64,000 nt of DNA from Perna viridis (lineage: Eukaryota): the NCBI GenBank assembly GCA_037379345.1, contig CM074511.1:55558862-55622861 (forward strand), read 5' to 3'. The notes beneath the pieces are model-generated. The model was not told where the DNA came from. It did not search any database and saw only the letters and a list, made by a program, of their open reading frames with translations. Made by a program: the position numbers and the translations under genes. Of the stretch, positions 54,504 to 64,000 are shown one piece after another. The first letter of the stretch is position 1. The number at the start of each line of letters is the position of its first letter.

Positions 54504-54590
54504 TGTAACCCCAGTAAACTGGATAAGATACCCCAGGGTTTCCTTTTGTAGCCCCAGTAAACTGGATAAGATACCCCATGGTGCCCTTTT
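54504..54590 (+). repeat. Two-copy 43 bp tandem duplication
   Basis: tgta(a/g)ccccagtaaactggataagatacccca repeats with period 43. Confidence 0.85.
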
Positions 54591-57500
54591 ATAATTGAGT
54601 TACTTATATCATAAAGTCTTACTATTAATGTGCCTGTGGCAACCTTTGCTGACCAGTCAAGCTGAAGTCACAAACATGTCGATTGCAAATACATTGAAAG
54701 GTATGAAATTAATACCACTGTATGGATAGCCTACAATTGATAGGTGTTACAAATATTTCTTTAATGTATAACTCTTGGAAAAAAGTTACTATACATCAAG
54801 CAAAATAAACTATTAATAAATCAGGAATTAAACCGATCCAATTCAATTCACTATAGATTCTGACGTTATACGTTAACTTCCTCATTAAAAACGTAATTAA
54901 TTAATACTTAAGCCACCTTACCATGACCAATAAGACTTTATCGTCTAATTTAGTTTTATCCTAGATCATATAATGAATTATGTATGACGTAAAATGATTG
55001 TGACAATACAGAATAGTATTGTTCATCCAACCTAATATCACATGGTATCCAATAATTACAGATGTGATTACAGTGTCACAACTTCAGAAACATTACCAGT
55101 CGGAGAAGCAATGACAACACAAAGGTATAAAATCAATAGTGAATGCCCATTCATGCAAACATGACCCTTCATTCAAGCTTAACCCCTTATGAAACACTGT
55201 CATATCTCCTCTCAATTTCTGTACTTGACAAGCTTAAATCCAAATATGGCAAACCGAACATTTTATACAAACCAACATTACAGCAGACGCCCACAGATTC
55301 AGTTAATGGATTTCCTCTTTGAGATAGGTTTTCACTATCTTTCGATTGTACGTTAATAAATGAATTACTAATATGTTGTAAAAAATTAAAATATGGGTTT
55401 TTTATCAGGTAGTTTTAAAAGATGAAGGAAGACGGCTGTGAAGAAAGACTTCAACAAGAGTAATAAATGGGCGTTCATGTGGAAACGATTACAGAAATAC
55501 TAGTTAAATTTACATTTCTAAACACTTACGACAGACAGAGGTATACCATATAATATGGTCGTGTGAAGGATTTCTGAAACCATAATACGATGCAAGTAAC
55601 TTTTGCAGGCAATGTATATAAATGTATCGATGAGTTGCGTCTTGAACGCAGTACGCAGTCTGTAAGTTGGTTATTCTTTAAAATAATTTTAAACATAAAA
55701 AGTGTAGCACTCTGCAATGATTTAGAACTATATTTGTTCTTTTATAATTCTTATAAACAAAGATTAAACTAACATCCACATTAAGTTTGCAATAATATTC
55801 GTCGAAAAAAAATATTTTGAGAAAACACCGAAACTGGTCATCAGTGAACCTAGTCCTTTTGACGAAAAAAAAAGCTTCATATCGTAAATTATACTTACAA
55901 CGTGGCAGAAGTCTCGGTTATCAGCAACTCATAGGTGGAATTTACCAAAGAGGTGTATGGATTTCCCAATTCAAAATAGTTTTTCTTATATCAGGTGATA
56001 CACGTTCAAGTAAATAATACATTGTTAGTTGCTAAGCCATCAATTTTAAATTAAAATTTAGGGGCGAGTTATTAAATGAAGGAAATGATCTGTGAAATAA
56101 CTTCATCAACATGCTATAAATGTTTGATCTGGTTTGGACCCTCCATAATATATCAAACAAAAAGTTATTTAAATTCCTGAACAGCAATGTTATCTACTTA
56201 TCTGGAGACTGAAAATATTATGATTTTCCACTTTACAAATATGCTAGACAGGAAATGTGGGTAACGGTTGTCTTTTGCAATTGTTCATTTGAATCACACC
56301 GTCAATTTCAATTTCTCCTCATTGATGACTTAAGAGCATATTAAGATATGAGCCAGGTGATGCCTTAGCTGAAATTTCTGAAGGTAGTTAGGTGCAGAGT
56401 AAGTTTGCAAGAACAAAAATAACAAAAAAAACATGTATATATCTCTTTTCTTGAATCAAGCCTGCAATAAAGTCATTTCTTAAGATTGTAGAAATACATT
56501 AACTATAAAGGGGACAATGTGTTCTCATGGGAATGCTAACTGCTTGTCAAGACAAAATAATTCCAACCACATTAACAAATACGGGTGCAAATTTACTTTG
56601 CGACTAATGGCAATGTAAGTGCGAGATATTAAGAAAGAAATGGGGAAATGTAGATTTTGAAAGAAGGGAATACAAGAGAGTCATCATCATATTCATTGTT
56701 GAAGTTTGTAAAGCGAAGTTTCACACTTATATGTGGCTAGCAAAACAGATGTTCAATGACCCCATGATGTTTAAAATTAGTTGATGATTTTCAATATCCA
56801 GCAATGATAGGCAAAGACTTCAACTCCTAACGTGTACCCTGTTATACGTATGTAAACCTTGGAAAAAAAACTAAAAAATTTTCTTACATGATGTATTATA
56901 TTTGGTAGATGTAATTGTAACAGTCAAATCTGAACCAATGTGGACAGCAGGGAAACATACCGCTGGTTATTTAAACCGAAAGTACTCTTCATCACCCTAC
57001 ATCAAGTTCGGACATATATATCATGACAACACCCATTTCTGCTGATAGCGTGTGCACATGTTTAACTTTACACAAGTTAAAAGTAATTCATGCTTCATAG
57101 TCTCAAAAGTTCACTTATCAAGTCTTTTTTACAACTGCTAAGATAGTACAGTATCAAATATTAACGCCAGTAATTACTTACTTTGTATAAGACAATCGTC
57201 AATCCACTATTGATTCATAAATCCAACGCGTATATTTGTCCTATAACAATAAAAATAAATGCTACTTATTGGAGCGTTAAAAATAACTTTTAAACAGGTA
57301 CGCACCCGGACTTTTGATACACGAATTTCAAGTCAACCGTATCAGTTTACTTACATTGTTGTCAAAACTAAGCTAATATCGGACTTGTTCCTATTCAATT
57401 TCATAGTAAAGAAGGCATGCAAGAAAGGATTATATTTATTTGCTTGTCAGATATAGAAATTATCATTGGCACGACTTATATCGATTTTAAAAGGCTTCGT

Positions 57501-59274
57501 CCGTGACACATCATACCCGGAAGATATACATACATGTACATGTAAATCAGAATTGTAAAATTAAATCTTTTATATCTCTATTATGCATTCTAATCAAGTC
57601 TATCTATTTTTCGGATATACTGCTATATTGTATGGTCTCATGGATGTTACAATGCTTTTATTGTACATTTAACAAGAAAATATTGACAACATTATCATCG
57701 GATTCATGATGCATGAATTTTTTTTCAATCGGAACTGGGTAGAGTTCCAAGAATCACAAAAGGGTCATTCAGCAAGTTATGAACTGAATTTTTGATGAAG
57801 TAGCGTGTAGCTTTAACCGTATAGAGAGTATATAGAGGTCAATGTTACTGATTAGGATAGATAATGGGATACCGGTAATGGATGAAGTCGCAAATTGATA
57901 GAATTCATAATTACATCTAAAACATCTTTGTATACTAGCCCAGCTACCATGGTGCCACTTGTACATAGTACCTAAGGTGTTATGAAAATTGAAAGTGTCT
58001 GTTGCACTCCATTATATGAAAGGAATTGAATTCTAAGTTATAAACGGACACAACATATAAAAAGATCCAATATACAGATCCGGACAATGATTCGTGCCCC
58101 ATATGACTGACGTATTTCCTCGTGTTGTCCTGTGAGTCTATACCCCTTTTGGAAACCCTAGTATCGCGTAATAATTGCTTTAGCTTATTCCGACTATTAG
58201 TGATAAAAGTTGTTTGATTTTTATGGGCAATTGTTATTCACTGAACTTGTCATCCTAGAGACTTGAATAGATTTTCAATCTGATTCCACGAATACGTATA
58301 ATATTAATCCTTAACTTCTCGCTACACAAATCCTCATAAAATAAGAGTTTGTTTAAAGGATAAGTGATTACTGAATTCAATTAAAGATTAGTAAATAACA
58401 AGAAAGAGATCCCATACAACCTTTCGGTCAAAAGAAAGTACTTAGTCTTTCGTTAAGAAATATCTATCAGCAAGATTTTTCTCTCAAACAAAATTAGACA
58501 GATTAATTATACATTCAAACAGGTTTTAATGAAAATAACTAATTCAAGTCTGAACTCTGAACTCTAGGTTGCAGATTCGTACATGTATATTAGTTTGATT
58601 CGGATACCGACTATAGATATACAACAAGTGTTCTTGTAACTCAATTACTTAATACTGGTGATACTAGAGTGATCAAAAATGTCATTCCTGCAGAAATTTA
58701 ACTATGTGCCCAGTATATGGATAAATATGGCAATAAGTTCCGGACAGTAATTACAACAGAGAATCAAAACAATACTTGCAATTATTCAGTGTGCTTCAAG
58801 TTATATTTATCCAAAGGTCATTTAGATTCTGTGAGACATTGTATTAGATTAATAAGCTTACCCCTAAATACTATATAAATATCCAATGAATTCCTGCTTC
58901 CTGACGTTTTATCAGATTTTGTGATATTCTCTGTAATAACCCAAGGCCTTATCGCCTGTTAGAACAGGTAAATGGTCACATGATCAAATTAAACAATATT
59001 GTCATTTATTGTTAACCTCACAATAAGAATCTAGCTTTAATTCAAACACAGGTAATTAAATCGGACGATAAGGCGTATACGTCAGAAAGAAACATTGTTT
59101 TTGACAAAATATTTTTGTTTCGCAAAAACATTATCTTCCTCTAGCAATTTTTAAGACCTTAAAGACATAGACAAATGTAATGAATTTAAAAATTCACATC
59201 AGAGGTTGTGGAGTGGGTTGTTTTAACAACACCGTGCAAGTAAAGATCTGCTGGATCAATAATGTATGTCTTGC

Positions 59275-59276
<2 letters not shown>

Positions 59277-59319
<43 letters not shown>
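59277..59319. repeat. (TA)n microsatellite
   Basis: Direct reading of the sequence. Confidence 0.95.
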
Positions 59320-59320
<1 letters not shown>

Positions 59321-61882
59321 TAATGTAACTGCCATCTGCCATTCTGCAGAAACCAATAAACGGATCGACGTGAATAGCATTTCTTAATATTAAGAAAGAC
59401 AGAAAAAAATTAATGGCAAATTTTTAGTGGTGGAAATTACATTTAATATTTGAATTTTCACGAAGGTATTTTAAAAACATGGTTAAATCATACATCAGAC
59501 AGTCCATTTCGTTGTTTAGGGTTGTCCCCTAGTTTCTGGAGTTTCGAAAGTGTGGGTTAAAAACCTACAGAATGATAGCATGTGCCTGAAGTCCGATCTA
59601 GTTTCTGAAACAAATTAACGAAACGCCCATAGTAAGCGTTATTACGAAACTTATAAAAAAAATCAATTGATCGCACACATGAAGCAAGGCGATTCAAGCT
59701 TTCATTCGCCTTTTAATTTGTTACAAAATTAATGAATAATATTTATACATCCAAGTTTTAAAACTAAACAAATATTTTCAAAATTAAAAATTCAATAAGC
59801 TTCTAACAACCAATAATTGTTATGCCCCCATGGAAAGTTACTAGCATATATTCAGTAATTCTAGCAAAAATATAACCTAACAGAATTTCTAAGTTTTAAA
59901 CATAATTATACACTTATACACTATACTTTTTTTTACCAAATATAAAACTGATTTTCATTGAGAGTGAAGAGAAAGACAGAGTGCAAATGCAACTAACAGC
60001 ATGTACGCACAAAAATATATAAGTGTTCGAGAAGTAAATAAAGCAACAAAAACAAGATTAAAAAAACAAAATCAAAAACGAATGAAAAAACAATTAACAC
60101 GAACCCGGTACCGCGGAAGAGTAAGCAAAAATTGATTATAGCATCAACCAAGTTGTTCGTGTCAAGATAATAGTTTCCGAAGTTATTAGTAGACTTAAAA
60201 ACATAGATGGTAATATACAGTCGGTTGTCAAGTAAAAACGGCGACATAGAATTTTCGAAGTACATGTAATGACCTTTGACCTTAAAGTTTAGTGTGATTA
60301 ATTTAGTGCATATAACTTAAGTAAGCTAAAAAAAAACGAATGAGTTGAATTAAAAAAAAAAAAAAACAAACACCATGCACATTGAAGATTGCGATGTTGC
60401 CATACAGTTTTGTCATGATTTTTTCTTTTTACCTCACCTTTTTAATGATATAGACATACTAACCAAGTTTGAATGTTCCTTTTCTAGTGGCACAATTATA
60501 CTGAGATCGACCTAGTGGAAAATGACAGACAAACTGTTGTTATGGCTGATTTTTATTGCATTAACGTGAAAACTTTAATATAGAATTATGTCACACTATA
60601 AAAAGATCAGAACATCATAAAAAAACAAATCCCAATACAAAAAAAAATCTAACAACGTTCCTTTTCAATGTTTGCTTACATACTGTACATAGATTATAAC
60701 TATGTCTTAAAACAATGCAGTGGTCCTTGAACGACTCTAAATCCATATAAAATCATTACAGACGTGACATAATCCATTAATAGCCTTTTTCATGTTAGAA
60801 CCGTATGACGTATTTTAAAAACCCTATCGGATTCCTGATAACGCCATGCGGGTATATAAATTTTATCAAGCAACTTAGCGATTTGCGAATCATCTTTAAA
60901 ATCCCAAGACAAATACTCAAGTGACCATCAATTATTCAACAAGTATAAGTAAATTTGATATAAATTGTTAAGAAATATTGAACATTAACGGCCCTACCTG
61001 TAAGGTGATAAATCCGTGAATTGATCTGAGAGTGAACAACTCTGCTATAGTGATTATCAAAACAACTGTTTATTGAGTTTTAAGTGTTGGTAAACATCGA
61101 ACCAATGGAAGTATTAAATGGTCTACTACAGTAGGTTTTCTGAGTGTTGAAAGCTTTGAAGCTTTGACCATTTTGAACTGTGTAAATTGAAAATGCATGT
61201 ATGTAATGCATTCATCCTAGTTTAGAATGAGATTTTTAAAATGGTCAGTATTATTTTAAGTAGAAGCAAATGCATTAAAACAGAATATCTAATTATATAA
61301 TATCATTCAATTCCTATATTCAATTCGTCTGAAATGACAGTTTGGTATTGATAAATTAACTGAAATGAATTATCAAAATGATAAATGTAAATAATATGGG
61401 CTTGAATGGGATATAGTTTTCTAGTACGTGACGCAGGACATTGCATGAGCGTTTTCAATGAATGGGCAATTGCTCATGTAATTAAAATTCAGTTTAAATT
61501 AAAAATTGTGTGAAGCATGCAAAACAAATGCTGCAATGTATGCATATTTGATGCAGACCTACGCATATAAATCATTTGATGTCTTCATATATAAAAATAT
61601 ATGATATATATTAATAAATTATTGAACTGAACTATAAAAATATATTACTTTCAAATGTATGAATCAGTAGTTGTATAAATGTACAAATCATTTGATTTCA
61701 AGATTTTGTCTACATGTAAAAATTAGTTTCTACGTGTAAAAATCAGTTGATCTAAGTGTAAAAATCAGTTTACTCAACGCGTCTGAACTTGATCGATTGA
61801 TGGTTGATTATGAATCTGCCGAATGGATGAAGCATAGAAGCTTGCTCCAATCACCAAATATGCAGCCTGACTAGTAAACTAC

Positions 61883-62170
61883 TTTAACCCCGCCGCATTA
61901 TTTTTGCACCTGTCCGAAGTCCGGAATTTCTGGCATCTGTATGTATTGTTTCGTGTTCTCTTTCAATTTACTTTTTATGTTGCTGGAGTATATGGGGGCA
62001 ACTATTTCGCTGTACCTGTTTTTACTGTGTTTTGGGACTAGCCGCAGCCTGTCCTGTAGTATAAGGGCTTCCTCGTCATTCATTGAAGACCCATGGGTGG
62101 CATAGAGCTAATCTTTTCAACCCAGTGGGGTTGTTGTCTCTGACATATTCAGGGTATCAATTCTCGTTAT
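61883..62170 (+). repeat. Degenerate copy of a dispersed bivalve short repeat
   Basis: ttaaccccgccgcattatttttgcacctgtcc... and ...gggttgttgtctctgacatattc...ttctc resemble an abundant Mytilus-type interspersed repeat; recalled from memory, not searched. Confidence 0.45.
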
Positions 62171-63289
62171 AGTATATACTAATTGAATTGATATTTGATA
62201 GTGGGAGCAAGCCCCTATGGGTGAAGCGAACAAGAATGAATTAAATAAATGGATTAGTCGAATGAATTAGTAGATTGGTTTAAACATATATACGTATATC
62301 CTAATTTGGTGAACTTAACATGTACTAACCTGTTGCTGCCGACTTGTCGCAATGTGAACATATGAATCAATTGTTGCCTACATGATGCCTATATTCATGA
62401 ATCAGTTTTCACCTATATGGCAAAATATTCCTTATGAACTTTGATACGAGTCAGACCAAAAAGTAGTACTGGACAGACACTAAAGTCCAACCGAACTCTG
62501 GTGTGTAGCAAGAATAAGTTTTATGAATTACTCAGAGTGAAGTGTATGAGAAACTTTAAAATCTTTGGAATGCTTGAAAGAAATGATAGATGAAATAAAA
62601 TACAAAAATGTATATGTTGAAGAGAATTTTCAAAGGGAGCAATTGATTGTTTCAAGAATTATTTGCGTGTTATTAGTGTTGTGGATTTAGAGAACAGCTG
62701 GAAAAATAAGTCCCACGATATTTGAAGTTGAATGTCCCATGAGAAATCCGGTCATTTTGAGTTATACAGATAAACTATATGCCCCGAATGTCAGTGAAAA
62801 AAAAATATATAGAAGCCTATTGACTGATACGTCCTATATACCAGTCGACCCCCATATATCAGAAAACTGCATATGGACATATTTGCTGTACATACGATTT
62901 TGTATTTTTTCTCTTTAACAAAAAAAAATAAAATGAAATAAAATAAAATAAAAATAAAAAATAAAAAAAAAATAATAACAAAAATAAAAAAATGAAAAAA
63001 TTCCCACCCCAAATACCTGAGACGGAATCAATAACTAAGGTTATTTTGCCTATGTATCACTTAACTGCTTATAATGAACGTTTGAAAAGGTTGTTACCTA
63101 CATGCATGCATCAGCAATTGCTCATCTGTATAATTCAGTAACTTTGTCTATCCGTATGAGTGAGTTATTACGGGGCGCCAAATGGGACTGTGATTTTGTA
63201 CAGACAAGTCCAAGTATGTGGCCAAAATATAAAAGCAGGAAATAGAGACAATCTACAGAACCAATACTGAAACAAGAATAAAATTCGGT

Positions 63290-63415
63290 TACATATAGAA
63301 ACTGAAGATGAGGAAAATAAAGACTTGCAACTTTAACAAAAACTGGGAGTAACATAAGTTGCTCTGGAAGGGTAAGCATGTCCTGCTCTGCCAGCAGCAC
63401 CACCACATTGCAAAT
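63290..63415 (-). mobile_element. Diverged relative of the same retroelement 3' end
   Basis: aaaaactgggag...gctctggaagggtaagcatgtcctgctc resembles the conserved core of the other copies. Confidence 0.45.
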
Positions 63416-64000
63416 GACTAAATTCTGGTAAGTGTTAAGTAATTCTGCAAGATGTGAAATCTAATTGAAGATATCTTGTTTCATAAGATAAAAAACTTTA
63501 CGTTGGTCAATCAAATTTGGCTGCATGTTGGAATCACTTTTTTTACAGTTTGAAAGTCCTTCAATGAAAACTGCTGACTGTATGAATATTCTAGTCTACT
63601 ATTTATTCAATATAACAGAATACATAATGTTGTGTTCAAATATCAGTTGTTTCATTATTTTTCACATAGGTAAAGTATTAAAAGTAAATTTTGAAGTCTA
63701 AATTTAAAAGAGTTTTTATTATATATGTCATGATTATAAACTCCCTGGTTAGAATAAGGTTAATTGGCATTTAAATAATTACAATAACATAGTACTCAGA
63801 CACCTTTATATACAGGTATCCTTAACAACTTTAAAAGGCATTTTATTTAAACTCTTTTTTAATGCATATAAAAAAATAATTGATTAGTGTATTAAGAAGT
63901 CCTAAAAACTACATTTATGTACATATAACAGTCATCTATAATATGTCATACAGAGCCCATACCCAGACAATTCAATGTATGTTGTGATAAAAAGTTGGGC

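Noticed and set aside
54504-54590. CRISPR-like repeat
   Set aside because: Only two adjacent copies, no unique spacers, eukaryotic context.
53400-64000. Short ORFs in the right-hand 10 kb
   Set aside because: Low-complexity or repeat-derived, with no homology or consistent exon chain; treated as intergenic or intronic.

Overview
AT-rich, intron-containing animal genomic DNA; the repeat families suggest a bivalve mollusc, probably Mytilus-like (inference). Positions ~1-51.5 kb hold a head-to-tail array of five paralogous minus-strand genes (A-E), whose exons I reconstructed by hand from splice sites and reading-frame phase. Each encodes a KY/hillarin/LTD-1-type transglutaminase-like domain lacking the catalytic Cys and His, followed by four KY-type Ig-like repeats and helical repeats. 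In B-E, the four copies whose 3' ends lie in the window (~1030-1270 aa), these are followed by a C-terminal module that closely follows the sequence pattern of the dynein heavy-chain stalk microtubule-binding domain (MTBD), with no motor. D and E begin with N-myristoylation motifs. The main candidate for an undescribed system is therefore an expanded family of motor-less, pseudo-enzymatic membrane-to-microtubule linkers. Introns and intergenic DNA carry 5'-truncated Penelope-like retroelement ends, Helentron-type elements, a TTAA-flanked MITE, two foldback palindromes and microsatellites. I found no supportable gene in ~51.8-64 kb.
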